Shown here in pieces: positions 17,436 through 26,649 of a stretch of 36,185 bases of DNA. The stretch is taken from contig JBDRLH010000015.1 of the NCBI GenBank assembly GCA_043813215.1, positions 1 through 36,185 on the forward strand. The letters are read 5' to 3'. The stretch comes from Parcubacteria group bacterium. GTDB taxonomy: Bacteria; Patescibacteriota; Minisyncoccia; Minisyncoccales; JAQTPW01. A program made the translations under genes and the position numbers. Under the pieces are notes generated by a model. That model worked only from the letters and a program-made list of their open reading frames with translations, did not search any database and was not told where the DNA came from. The first letter of the stretch is position 1. Each line of letters begins with the position of its first letter.

Positions 17436-18421
17436 GATTGTTTATTTTTTTGGACGAAATCTTTCCATTCTTTTGTTACCAACCCTCCCACAGGAGTAAG
17501 CTCGGCTTTTATGGGTGGATGCGGATCGTATCCTATGATTTCTACGTCTTCTGGCCTGAAATCATCTATTTCTTTGACGCTCGAATTTAACTTTATTGTT
17601 GGAAACGGTCGAGGCTCTCTTTTTAACTGCTCTTTTAAGGCGTCTAAATGATTTTCGTAATAATGAATATCTCCAAAAATATGAATAAATTCTCCAGGCT
17701 TATTTCCGGTTATCTGCGCCAATATTATTGTCAGCAAAGCATAGCTGGCAATATTGAAAGGCACTCCTAAAAATACGTCGCAAGAACGCTGGTATAATTG
17801 AAGCGACAGCCGTCCGTTATTGGCATTTAACTGAAACATATTGTGGCAAATCGGAAAACGGCAAGCCTCACCCGGTAGAGCCATTTCATAAAGATATTCG
17901 GGATCCCAAACATTGACAATGGCATTGTGGGCGCTTTTGTCTTTGCGCAAAGTATCAACAACCCATTGCAGCTGATCAATCGTCCGGCCCGATTTGGCCG
18001 GCCAATGGCGCCACATATCTCCGTAAACGTGTGGCAAATTTCCATGTTTTTCCGCAAAATCATTGTCTTGGGCAATTTTTTCTATAAATTCTTTTTTGGT
18101 CATTTCTTTCTCGGTGCCAGCGTTTATTTTTTCACGATAGATTCTGTACGGGTAATCATCCCAAATGTGCACGTTATTATCAACAAGATATTTGATATTT
18201 TTTTGACCGCTCAAAAACCAATGCAGCTCATAAAGCAGACCCTTCCAGTAAACTTTTTTAGTGGTTAGCAGCGGAAAACCCTCTGAAAGATCAAAAACAA
18301 ATCGCCTACCAAAAACGCTGTAGGTTTTGACGCCGGTGCCGGCGTCAACCTGCTCGCAACCTTTATCAATCAACTCTTTTAATAAATTAAGATATTGATA
18401 TTCCGGATGAAGTTTGTCCAT
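17432..18421 (-). CDS. thyA: Thymidylate synthase (ThyA)
   Basis: GFPLLTTKK, ELHWFL, IWD, PICH (catalytic Cys), QRSCDVFLGVPFNIASY, HYYENH. Confidence 0.97.
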   Translation of the reverse strand: MDKLHPEYQYLNLLKELIDKGCEQVDAGTGVKTYSVFGRRFVFDLSEGFPLLTTKKVYWKGLLYELHWFLSGQKNIKYLVDNNVHIWDDYPYRIYREKINAGTEKEMTKKEFIEKIAQDNDFAEKHGNLPHVYGDMWRHWPAKSGRTIDQLQWVVDTLRKDKSAHNAIVNVWDPEYLYEMALPGEACRFPICHNMFQLNANNGRLSLQLYQRSCDVFLGVPFNIASYALLTIILAQITGNKPGEFIHIFGDIHYYENHLDALKEQLKREPRPFPTIKLNSSVKEIDDFRPEDVEIIGYDPHPPIKAELTPVGGLVTKEWKDFVQKNKQS

Positions 18422-18435
18422 GATAAAGTATAATC

Positions 18436-19008
18436 TTATTTTTTTTCTTCACCTATTTTACTGGCTGTGGCTTTGATTTGGCCGGCGTATTTATGGTCTT
18501 TTTGCTTCAAATAAGGAATTTCCGCCTCTGAAGAAAGCGTTTCAAAGGTCATGGCGCAAATGCGCATGCCCGGATAAAGGATTATCGGCATGATTCCCAT
18601 GTTTCCAAATTCCATAACCGCTTTTCCCTGCCAGCCGGGGTCAAACCTGCCGGCTGTAGAGTGAACCACCAGCCCCAGCCTGCCCAAAGAGCTTCGGCCG
18701 TCCAATCTCCCCATAATATGAGCCGGAAGGGTTATTTCTTCCTCGGTAATGGCTAAAATAAATTCTTTTGGCTGGATGACAAAAGGCGATCCATTAGTAA
18801 CATTTATGGTTTCCATCAGATCTTCAAAATTAGTAGTTCTTTTTAGGTCTAAATAGGGATAGCGACTGGGCTTGAAGGTCTTAAAGCTGGTCCCTAAATG
18901 CAAATCCAAAGAACAGGGGCCCAATTGCTCCTCAAAGTTAGGCGTCGGGTTAATTTTAATAATTCCTCTTGCGATATGATCTTTGATGTCTTTATCAGAG
19001 AGTATCAT
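18436..19008 (-). CDS. dcd: dCTP deaminase
   Basis: MILSD, SLDLHLG, GRSSLGRLG, HSTAGRFDPGWQG, EFGN, KYAGQ. Confidence 0.95.
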   Translation of the reverse strand: MILSDKDIKDHIARGIIKINPTPNFEEQLGPCSLDLHLGTSFKTFKPSRYPYLDLKRTTNFEDLMETINVTNGSPFVIQPKEFILAITEEEITLPAHIMGRLDGRSSLGRLGLVVHSTAGRFDPGWQGKAVMEFGNMGIMPIILYPGMRICAMTFETLSSEAEIPYLKQKDHKYAGQIKATASKIGEEKK

Positions 19009-19045
19009 GATATTATGGTGTTATGCCAATTAATAATTATATCTC

Positions 19046-19074
19046 ATTATACCCCACCCTCAAATTTTTTCCAA
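19046..19074 (-). promoter_or_regulatory. Promoter of the dcd-thyA operon
   Basis: TTGGAA, 17 nt, TATAAT. Confidence 0.6.
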
Positions 19075-19085
19075 GTTATTTTCCT

Positions 19086-19117
19086 AAACAAAACCCCCAC
19101 CAAAATAATGATGGGGG
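19086..19117 (-). terminator. Terminator after rplK
   Basis: CCCCCA/TGGGGG stem followed by TTTTGTTT on the minus strand. Confidence 0.65.
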
Positions 19118-19134
19118 CTGAATTTAATTTATTG

Positions 19135-19560
19135 TTAGCCGACGATTTCTATGCCCATGTTTTTGGCCGTACCTTCTAAGGTTCTCATGGCGGCTTCAAG
19201 GTCATCGGTATTCATGTCCGGCATTTTCTTTTCGGCCACCTGGCGCAACTGGGCGCGGGTAATTTTGGCCACTTTAGTTTTGTTGGGTGTGCCTGAACCC
19301 TTTTCAATGCCCGCGGCTTTTTTCAGAAGCTCTGCCGCCGGCGGTTGTTTTAGAACAAAAGTGTAAGTCCTGTCTTCAAAAATGGTCACTTCCACGGGAA
19401 TTTTAAAACCAGCCATTTCTTTGGTGGCGGCATTGAATTTCTGACAAAAATCCATAATGTTCAAACCGTGCGGGGCAATAGCCGGTCCCACAGGAGGTGC
19501 CGGAGTAGCCGCTCCTGCGGCAATCTGTAATTTTATAACTACTTTTATTTTTTTTGCCAT
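19135..19560 (-). CDS. rplK: 50S ribosomal protein L11
   Basis: [27 protein letters not shown]. Confidence 0.98.
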   Translation of the reverse strand: MAKKIKVVIKLQIAAGAATPAPPVGPAIAPHGLNIMDFCQKFNAATKEMAGFKIPVEVTIFEDRTYTFVLKQPPAAELLKKAAGIEKGSGTPNKTKVAKITRAQLRQVAEKKMPDMNTDDLEAAMRTLEGTAKNMGIEIVG

Positions 19561-19575
19561 AAATAGAATAATAAA

Positions 19576-20121
19576 TTAAACTTTCTTTATTTGCAACGAA
19601 TCCAGCTCCACCGGAGTGTCCCGGCCGAACATATTGACCAGAACCTTTAATTTTCCTTTTTCCAAGTCAACTTCGGCAATTTTTCCGTCAAAATCACGAA
19701 AAGGCCCGTCAACAATTTTTACCAAATCACCCACTTTCACTTCAATTTTATACTGAGGCTCATCAACTCCCATTCTCTTCATCAAGGTATCAATTTCTGC
19801 TTTTGACACCGGGACCGGAGTGGTGCCAGCTCCCACAAAACCGGTGACGTTAGGCGTGTTTCTGACAACATACCAGCTGTCATCGGTCACCACCATTTCA
19901 ACCAAAACATAGCCGGGATAAATTTTTTCCTCAATCACTTTTCTTTTGCTGTCTTTTATCTTAATCTTTTTCTCCTTGGGAACAATAACGTTGAAAATCT
20001 TACCCTCCATGCCCAAAGACTCAATTCGTTGCTTTAGGTTTTTAGCTACCGCGTCTTCATATCCCGAATAAGTGTGCAGCACATACCAATTTTTTTCCTG
20101 AGGAAGTATTTGCCTGGGCAT
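19576..20121 (-). CDS. nusG: Transcription termination/antitermination factor NusG
   Basis: WYVLHTYSGYE, YPGYVLVEM, KOW motif DGPF, FGRDTPVEL. Confidence 0.98.
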   Translation of the reverse strand: MPRQILPQEKNWYVLHTYSGYEDAVAKNLKQRIESLGMEGKIFNVIVPKEKKIKIKDSKRKVIEEKIYPGYVLVEMVVTDDSWYVVRNTPNVTGFVGAGTTPVPVSKAEIDTLMKRMGVDEPQYKIEVKVGDLVKIVDGPFRDFDGKIAEVDLEKGKLKVLVNMFGRDTPVELDSLQIKKV

Positions 20122-20143
20122 AATTTTGAGCGTTGGTGAAAAA

Positions 20144-20335
20144 TTATAAAATAAATGTATTTAATAATCTGGTAAACAAAAAGTCAAATCCGCCTAAAAA
20201 AATTGCTACGCCAACTGAAACCCCGATGACAACCAGGGTATACCTGATTGTTTCCTGGCGCGTCGGCCAATTGACTTTTTTCATTTCAACTAAAACTTCT
20301 TTCAGAAAAGTTTGAATTTTAGTAAAAATTGTCAT
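20144..20335 (-). CDS. secE: Preprotein translocase subunit SecE
   Basis: EMKKVNWPTRQE plus one TM helix; directly upstream of nusG. Confidence 0.95.
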   Translation of the reverse strand: MTIFTKIQTFLKEVLVEMKKVNWPTRQETIRYTLVVIGVSVGVAIFLGGFDFLFTRLLNTFIL

Positions 20336-20398
20336 CTAAATGATTTTTGTACTTAAAACGGCCTTTCCGGCCACATTTTAATGGTAGTTGAAAATGGA

Positions 20399-22351
20399 TT
20401 AGATGTCAAGATTCTTTACCTTTTTGGCGTATGTCTGGATAAACTTCTTGCGAGGCAGGACCTCATCCCCCATCAGAACATCAAATGTCCTGTCAGCTTC
20501 TTTGCTGTCAGCAATGGCTACCTGCAATAAAACCCTGTTTTGGGGATCCATAGTTGTTTCCCAGAGCTGGTCGGCGTTCATTTCTCCAAGACCTTTATAC
20601 CGCTGGACATTGATTCCTGTAAGTTTTTTCATTGATTGCAGGATCTGGTTTTTTTGGTCTTCATTGTAGGCGTACTTTAATTCTTTGCCTGCTTGGATCC
20701 GGTAAAGCGGCGGCTGGGCAATATATAAATAGCCCTTTTCAATTATTGGTTTAAAGTATCTGTAAAAAAAGGTCAAAAGCAAGGTTCTGATATGACTGCC
20801 GTCTTCATCGGCATCGCACATTATGACGATTTTGTGGTAGCGGGCTTTTTCAATGTTAAAGTCGTCAGCCACCGCCGTGCCCAAAGCGATGATTAAGGAC
20901 TTGATTTCTTTTGATGTTAAAATTTTATCAAGGCGGGCACGTTCAACGTTTAATATTTTTCCGCGCAGGGGCAGAATCGCCTGAAAATGCCGGTCTCTCG
21001 CCTGTTTGCTTGAGCCCCCGGCCGAATCTCCTTCTACGATAAATAATTCTGATTCCTCCGGGCTTCTTGAGGTGCAGTCGGCAAGTTTGCCCGGCAAAGC
21101 CAGACCCTCTAAAATTCCTTTCCTCAAAACGGTTTCTTTTGCCGCCCGGGCAGCTTTTCTCGCTTTTTGGGATAAGACGCATTTTTCAATTATAGCTTTG
21201 GCATCTTGAGGATTTCTTTCTAAAAAATCCTTCAAAGCCTCGGTTATTATGCCCTCTACTGCCACTTTTGCTTCCGGATTTCCCAGCTTGGCTTTTGTCT
21301 GACCCTCAAACTGTGGATCAGGAAGCTTTACCGAGACAACGCCGGTAAAACCCTCTCTGATATCTTCACCGGAAAGATTTTCATCTTCTCCCTTTAAAAG
21401 CTCATTTTTTCTTGCATAGTCATTAAAGGTTCTGGTAATGGCTGATCTTAAACCTGTCAAATGCGTTCCTCCTTCTCCGGTATTAATGTTATTGGCGAAA
21501 GATTCCTCGTAATATTCATACTCGTCAGTATATTGGAAAGCCGCCTCTACTAAGATTCCGTCTTTTTCTCCCAAACAATAAAAAATATTTTCATGGCGTC
21601 TGACTACCCCTTGAGTCAGATATTTGACATAAGAGGCCAGCCCGCCTTCGAAATAAAAAGTGTAGGGTTTTTTTTGACCATCTCTTTCGTCTATGACGGT
21701 TACTCTTATTCCCTTTGTCAAATAGGCCTGCTGGCGCAGATGATTGAGAATCTTTTTTAAATCAAATTTAATTTCGCTGAATATTGCGGGGTCCGGCTCA
21801 AAAATTTGAGTAGTCCCGGTTTGTTTGCATTTGCCGAATATTTTGACAGGGGTTTTTGGTTTTCCCTGGGCATATTCCTGAAAATATAAATTCCCGCCGC
21901 GGCAGACCTCGGCCCTCATCCATTTAGAAAGCGCGCAGACAACCGCCACCCCTACGCCGTGAAGTCCTCCTGAAATTTTATAAGCCCCCGAGCCGAATTT
22001 GGCTCCCTTGTGCAAGGTGGTCATAACAGTTTCCAAAGCTGATTTTTTAGTCTGAGGATGCTTTTCAACCGGGATTCCCCTGCCATCATCAGTCGTTTTT
22101 ACTTTATTTTGCGGCAAAAGAAAAACTTCCACGTTCTTGGCAAAACCGGCCATGGCCTCGTCAATGCTGTTGTCAACGCATTCCCAGATCAAATGATGAA
22201 GACCATCGGGCCCGGTCGAGCCGATATACATACTTGGTCTTTTTCTTACGGGTTCCAGCCCCTGCAAAACATAAATATCCTTTGCCGTGTAATCGGCTTT
22301 CGGGGTAAAATTATCTTTTTGCTCTTTTGCTTCCGTTTTTGGTTTTTCCAT
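20399..22351 (-). CDS. gyrB: DNA gyrase subunit B
   Basis: VRKRPSMYIG, ECVDNSIDE, DDGRGIP, GGLHGVG, EGDSAGG, PLRGK, RYKGLGEM. Confidence 0.95.
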   Translation of the reverse strand: MEKPKTEAKEQKDNFTPKADYTAKDIYVLQGLEPVRKRPSMYIGSTGPDGLHHLIWECVDNSIDEAMAGFAKNVEVFLLPQNKVKTTDDGRGIPVEKHPQTKKSALETVMTTLHKGAKFGSGAYKISGGLHGVGVAVVCALSKWMRAEVCRGGNLYFQEYAQGKPKTPVKIFGKCKQTGTTQIFEPDPAIFSEIKFDLKKILNHLRQQAYLTKGIRVTVIDERDGQKKPYTFYFEGGLASYVKYLTQGVVRRHENIFYCLGEKDGILVEAAFQYTDEYEYYEESFANNINTGEGGTHLTGLRSAITRTFNDYARKNELLKGEDENLSGEDIREGFTGVVSVKLPDPQFEGQTKAKLGNPEAKVAVEGIITEALKDFLERNPQDAKAIIEKCVLSQKARKAARAAKETVLRKGILEGLALPGKLADCTSRSPEESELFIVEGDSAGGSSKQARDRHFQAILPLRGKILNVERARLDKILTSKEIKSLIIALGTAVADDFNIEKARYHKIVIMCDADEDGSHIRTLLLTFFYRYFKPIIEKGYLYIAQPPLYRIQAGKELKYAYNEDQKNQILQSMKKLTGINVQRYKGLGEMNADQLWETTMDPQNRVLLQVAIADSKEADRTFDVLMGDEVLPRKKFIQTYAKKVKNLDI

Positions 22352-22361
22352 ATAGATATAA

Positions 22362-24419
22362 TTACTTTCTTACTTGCCACTCCGGGGTTTCTTCCAGAGC
22401 CTTGATTATTTTATTAAAAAATCCGTCTATTTCATCGGAAGACAAAGTCTTATCCTCTGCTTGAAAAATTATATGAAAGGCTAAATTTTTCTTCTGTCCG
22501 GGCAATTCGTCGCCTTCATAAATGTCAAATAAATCAATGTCGCGGATAATTTTTCCTCCGGCCTCTTCAATTTTGTTTAAAACCTCCTCAACTTTTATAT
22601 CTCTTGGCACTAAAATGGCCAGATCCCTGACGGCCGCCGGAAATTTGGAAATCGGCCGGTATTGATGCTCTTCGGAGGAAAATTTACTCAATAATTCAAA
22701 ATCAATTTCTAGCACCGTTGTCTTGGGAATTTTGAAATCTCCTAAAATTTTTTGTGAAATTACGCCCAAAAAACCGATCTCTTCACCGTCAATTTTTATC
22801 TCAGCGCATCTTTGTTCCTGCCATATCCGCATTTTTGATTCTTCCGGCGTAGCCCTGTAGGAATCATACCAAATTTCACCGATACCAAGCTTATTTAACA
22901 GAACATCAACCACCCCTTTTAAATGATAAAATTCTTCTCCGGTGGCGGCTACCGTCAGCATTCTTTTCTCTTCTGTCCCGCCGGAAATTTTTTTGAATAT
23001 TTTCCCTAATTCAAAAATTTTAATATTGCTGAAATTTTTATGATTTGTTTGGATGACCTTTAGGATGTTGGGCGTCAAACTGGGCCTTAGATATTTCTGG
23101 TCGGCACTGAGAGGATTCTCAACTTCAACAGAATTAGTTGCGCCAAAAACATTTTTGTCGTTTTCTGAAATAAAACAATAATTATAAATTTCCGTAAAAC
23201 CTGCTTCCTTTAGAGCATCTTTTGCTATATCTTCCCAAAAGATATCCAGGTTTCTTTTAGGGATGGCCAAAGAAGCTTTTGGAAAAACTGCCTGGATTTT
23301 TCCGTAGCCAAAAATCCTCCCGACTTCCTCAATTAAATCCTCCTGCAAATTAATATCTAACCTTATTGTAGGAACCTCCACATTAATAATGTTTGACTTT
23401 AAATTTTTCTTTCCCGCTGAAGTCTTGGCGAAGGCGAGAATTTTAAAACCCAGCCTTGATAAAATTCCTTTGATTTCTGCCGCAGGAATCTTTATCCCCA
23501 ACAAGCTCTCGAGATAACCTAAATCTAATCTGATTAATTTTGGAAAAACTTTTTTAGGATAAACGTCAATCAATCCCTTTGTTACCTTGCCGCCGGCAAT
23601 TTTTTGAATCAGAAAAGCCGTCCTGTCTGCCGAAGCCGCTGCGAGATTTCGATCCAAGCCGTGCTCAAATCTCAAAGAGGCATCTGTCTTTAACCTTATC
23701 TTTTGCGAAGCCACTCTTATCAACTGGGGATTAAAATTGGCGGCTTCTATAATAACTATCTTTGTATTTCTGCCAATTTCGGGATTCTTGCCTCCCTTTA
23801 TGCCGGCAATAGCTATGGGTTTTTTACTGTCGGCTATAACCAAAATATCATCGTCCAAATCAACTCTATTGCAGTCAAGGGTGGTAATTTTTTCTCCCGT
23901 CTTGGCAAATCTGACTATAATTTTCCTATCCTCTATTTTATCTCCGTCGAAAGTATGAAGCGGCTGGCCTGTTTCCAGCATGACGTAATTTGCCGCATCC
24001 ACTATATTATTAATCGGCCGCAGGCCACAGGCAATTAATCTTTCTTGCAGCCATTTCGGCGATTCTTCCACTTTAACTCCCACCAGGACTCTCGCCACAT
24101 ACCTGAAGCAATGCCCTTTCCCGGAAAGCTGAACATCAACAAAATTCTTGGCTTTTAAATTTTTTGCCTCTCTTAGTTTCAAATTTTCAGTCTTTAATCT
24201 TAAATCTAAAATAGCTGAAATCTCCCTGGCAATTCCATTGTGCGAAAAGCAATCACCTGCCCTGTTTGGCCTGACGTCAATATTCAAAACAAAATCTCCT
24301 CCGGATTTTTCTACCCCTTCAACTTCAGCAAAATGCAACGTCAAAAGCTCCGCCAGTTTTTCCGGCGCCGGGAGTCTTTTTTGAAAATAAGATTGTAGCC
24401 AATTGTATGAAAATTTCAT
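22362..24419 (-). CDS. pheT: Phenylalanine--tRNA ligase beta subunit (short, no B2 OB domain)
   Basis: PNRAGDC, INNIVD..NYVMLETGQPLHTFD, DLIEEVGR, C-terminal ferredoxin-fold anticodon-binding domain (RDLA...LFDIYEG). Confidence 0.96.
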   Translation of the reverse strand: MKFSYNWLQSYFQKRLPAPEKLAELLTLHFAEVEGVEKSGGDFVLNIDVRPNRAGDCFSHNGIAREISAILDLRLKTENLKLREAKNLKAKNFVDVQLSGKGHCFRYVARVLVGVKVEESPKWLQERLIACGLRPINNIVDAANYVMLETGQPLHTFDGDKIEDRKIIVRFAKTGEKITTLDCNRVDLDDDILVIADSKKPIAIAGIKGGKNPEIGRNTKIVIIEAANFNPQLIRVASQKIRLKTDASLRFEHGLDRNLAAASADRTAFLIQKIAGGKVTKGLIDVYPKKVFPKLIRLDLGYLESLLGIKIPAAEIKGILSRLGFKILAFAKTSAGKKNLKSNIINVEVPTIRLDINLQEDLIEEVGRIFGYGKIQAVFPKASLAIPKRNLDIFWEDIAKDALKEAGFTEIYNYCFISENDKNVFGATNSVEVENPLSADQKYLRPSLTPNILKVIQTNHKNFSNIKIFELGKIFKKISGGTEEKRMLTVAATGEEFYHLKGVVDVLLNKLGIGEIWYDSYRATPEESKMRIWQEQRCAEIKIDGEEIGFLGVISQKILGDFKIPKTTVLEIDFELLSKFSSEEHQYRPISKFPAAVRDLAILVPRDIKVEEVLNKIEEAGGKIIRDIDLFDIYEGDELPGQKKNLAFHIIFQAEDKTLSSDEIDGFFNKIIKALEETPEWQVRK
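23409..23435 (-). repeat. REP-like element, in frame in pheT (encodes AFAKTSAGK)
   Basis: GCCTTCGCCAAGACTTCAGCGGGAAAG, similar to the rpmF and rpsP copies. Confidence 0.5.
24171..24212. repeat. Degenerate 7-nt-period tract in pheT
   Basis: tcttagt ttcaaat tttcagt ctttaat cttaaat ctaaaat. Confidence 0.45.
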
Positions 24420-24422
24420 AAA

Positions 24423-25442
24423 TTAAAATTGATTCAAAAATCGTAAATCTCCCGACCTGAATAATCTGATGTCGTCAATTTTATATTTCATCATGGTCAG
24501 GCGTTCCAAGCCAAATCCGAAAGCCCAGCCCTGCCAATCTTTAGGATTCAAACCAGAATTCTTAAAAACATTCGGATGGACCATGCCGGCTCCGGCCACT
24601 TCCACCCAGCCGGTTTGCTTGCAAACGGGACATCCTCGCCCCCCGCAAACCAAACAAGTGATGCTGACATCAAAAGACGGCTCAGTAAACGGGAAAAAGT
24701 CGGGGCGCAAACGAATTTTCACTTCTTTTTTGAAAAAACTTTTGAAAAATTCTTCGATTACTGCTTTAAAATTTGCCGCCGAAATCTTTTTGTCCACCAT
24801 CAGTCCTTCAATCTGATAAAGTTGAAATTCATGGGAAGCATCGGTCGCCTCATGCCTGAAAACGTCGCCCGGAACAATTATTCTCAAAGGCGGGTTATTT
24901 TTTTCCATATAGCGTATCTGAACCGGACTGGTATGAGTTCTCAATAATAATTTATCAGGTGTTTTGAGCCAGAACGTATCCCACTGATCTCTGGCAGGAT
25001 GATTTTTAGGGATATTCAAAGCATCAAAGTTGTGCCACTCTGACTCGATATCCGGGCCAGAAATAACTGAAAATCCCATTGATTTAAAAATATCTTCCAC
25101 TTGGCGCAAAGTTCTGGTCAGCGGGTGTAAATGACCCATTGACGGCTTCTTGCCGGGAACAGTAACGTCAATCAGTTTTTCTTCATTATCCGAAACTTTA
25201 TTAAAGGATAATTTTTTATCAGAAAATTTTTCGTTAAAAAAAATTCTGAAGCTGTTGGCTTCTTTCCCTATCTTTATTCTTTTGATTTTTGGCATTTTCT
25301 CCAGAGAACGCAAAACCAAGGTAAGTTTTCCCTCCTTGCCAAAATACTCCCCTAAAACATCGTTTAATTCCTGCAGATTTTTGCTCTCCCGGATGCGCTT
25401 TTGCGCCTCTTTTTTGAGTAATTTAATGTCAAATTTTGCCAT
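24423..25442 (-). CDS. pheS: Phenylalanine--tRNA ligase alpha subunit
   Basis: HPARDQWDTF, LRTHTSPVQ, FPFTEPS, CxxC-G-x-GCxxC, GWAFGFGLERL. Confidence 0.98.
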   Translation of the reverse strand: MAKFDIKLLKKEAQKRIRESKNLQELNDVLGEYFGKEGKLTLVLRSLEKMPKIKRIKIGKEANSFRIFFNEKFSDKKLSFNKVSDNEEKLIDVTVPGKKPSMGHLHPLTRTLRQVEDIFKSMGFSVISGPDIESEWHNFDALNIPKNHPARDQWDTFWLKTPDKLLLRTHTSPVQIRYMEKNNPPLRIIVPGDVFRHEATDASHEFQLYQIEGLMVDKKISAANFKAVIEEFFKSFFKKEVKIRLRPDFFPFTEPSFDVSITCLVCGGRGCPVCKQTGWVEVAGAGMVHPNVFKNSGLNPKDWQGWAFGFGLERLTMMKYKIDDIRLFRSGDLRFLNQF

Positions 25443-25454
25443 TGTTATTCTTTA

Positions 25455-25483
25455 ATTATACCCTATTTTTAACCCGGTTTCAA
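25455..25483 (-). promoter_or_regulatory. pheST promoter (very short leader)
   Basis: TTGAAA, 17 nt, TATAAT; the -10 ends 12 nt before the ATG. Confidence 0.7.
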
Positions 25484-25504
25484 CCCTAAAACTGGGGATA
25501 ACTT

Positions 25505-25545
25505 AAATAAAAAATAGCCCGATAAGATAAACTTCTCGGGCCATT
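25505..25545 (-). terminator. Terminator after the 76-aa ORF
   Basis: GCCCGA/TCGGGC stem followed by a T tract on the minus strand. Confidence 0.65.
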
Positions 25546-25568
25546 ATTTGCCACCTAAATGCCGCTGG

Positions 25569-25799
25569 CTACTTGGCCGCTGCTCTGAACTTTTTGCAGA
25601 GATCGTCAAGTGTTTCTTGAGGAAACCTTGACGCGCCGCAATCTCTTAAACCCTCCAGAAATGGCCCAATATTATCTTCGGGTTTAATATACCAAGTCAA
25701 TAATGCTTCTCCGTTTTCTGAACTAATGCTTCCCTGCCAAAACCGACATCCTGATTCGGTTTCTGGTAATACCTTTTTGACTTCGGTTACAAGTTTCAT
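25569..25799 (-). CDS. Small hypothetical protein (76 aa)
   Basis: Purine-rich SD (AAGGAGAGGAG) before ATG, TTGACA at 25902-25897 (weak -10), downstream terminator. Confidence 0.72.
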   Translation of the reverse strand: MKLVTEVKKVLPETESGCRFWQGSISSENGEALLTWYIKPEDNIGPFLEGLRDCGASRFPQETLDDLCKKFRAAAK

Positions 25800-25902
25800 T
25801 TCTCCTCTCCTTTTCTCCCTTTTTGTTTATTTGTTAAAAATCCAGGTTGTTGAAAATCTACAATATTTATATTATTTCTACCAGATTTTATAAATTTGTC
25901 AA

Positions 25903-25945
25903 AAAATAAAAAAGCGGCTCGGTGAGACAAACTCATCCGAGCCGT
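25903..25945 (-). terminator. Terminator after pyrE
   Basis: CGGCTCGG/CCGAGCCG stem extended by TGAG/CTCA, then a long T tract on the minus strand. Confidence 0.8.
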
Positions 25946-25972
25946 TATATATTTAATATGGACTTGTCCGCC

Positions 25973-26623
25973 CTACTTATTAGCGGCAATGTAAGCTATC
26001 ACCTCGTTGCGCTTCATCTGAGTAATCTTGCCGACTCTAACGTAGTGGTCAAGAAGCACAGAAAGCGGAAGAGTAGTCAAGAGATTATAGCCTGCTTTCT
26101 TCAGTTTTTCTGAACCACCTTGCTCTCGGTCCACTAGAACAGCTACACCGGCAACTATTAACTTGACCTCTTCACAAACTCCGATAGCCTCTATTTTTGT
26201 GTCAGCCTGAGTGATTAAATCGTCGATCAGTAAAACGCGCTGGCCAGGAAGGTATTTACCTTCGATAATCGAGTCAATCTTGCGGCGATCTCCCTCAACC
26301 TTCTTACCGAATTTTAGCAACGGCCTTCCAGATAATTTTGAAACCACCATAGCAAACGGTTCGCCTGCTCGGGGAATACCTGCGACTAAATCGAATTCCA
26401 ATCCCTTGCCCTTGATTGTGCCAAAAAGTGCTTCGCCGATAGCTATAGCATCCTCATAGGTTAAAGGTCCGTCCGGCGGTCTCCGCAAGTTGATATAAAT
26501 TGGCGACAAGGGCATGTCTGGGTTTTTTTCATGGAGCTTTAGTCTGAAAGCATCGAACTTTATCGCTCCTCGATCAAATAATCCATCAACTAAACATCCT
26601 AGACAACTGTTCCTATCTGGCAT
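25973..26623 (-). CDS. pyrE: Orotate phosphoribosyltransferase
   Basis: F.LK...SPIYINLR, AGIPRAG, PRPP-binding VLLIDDLIT, VDREQGG; SD AAGGAGGTGA. Confidence 0.88.
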   Translation of the reverse strand: MPDRNSCLGCLVDGLFDRGAIKFDAFRLKLHEKNPDMPLSPIYINLRRPPDGPLTYEDAIAIGEALFGTIKGKGLEFDLVAGIPRAGEPFAMVVSKLSGRPLLKFGKKVEGDRRKIDSIIEGKYLPGQRVLLIDDLITQADTKIEAIGVCEEVKLIVAGVAVLVDREQGGSEKLKKAGYNLLTTLPLSVLLDHYVRVGKITQMKRNEVIAYIAANK

Positions 26624-26649
26624 CTTTCACCTCCTTGGATTTTTTATTT

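Noticed and set aside
19005-19030. NrdR box upstream of dcd
   Set aside because: Poor match to the palindromic consensus and no tandem copy.
20352-20382. tRNA-Trp or SRP remnant upstream of secE
   Set aside because: Only a short GGCC-GGAAA-GGCC hairpin, more consistent with a weak gyrB terminator; no cloverleaf.
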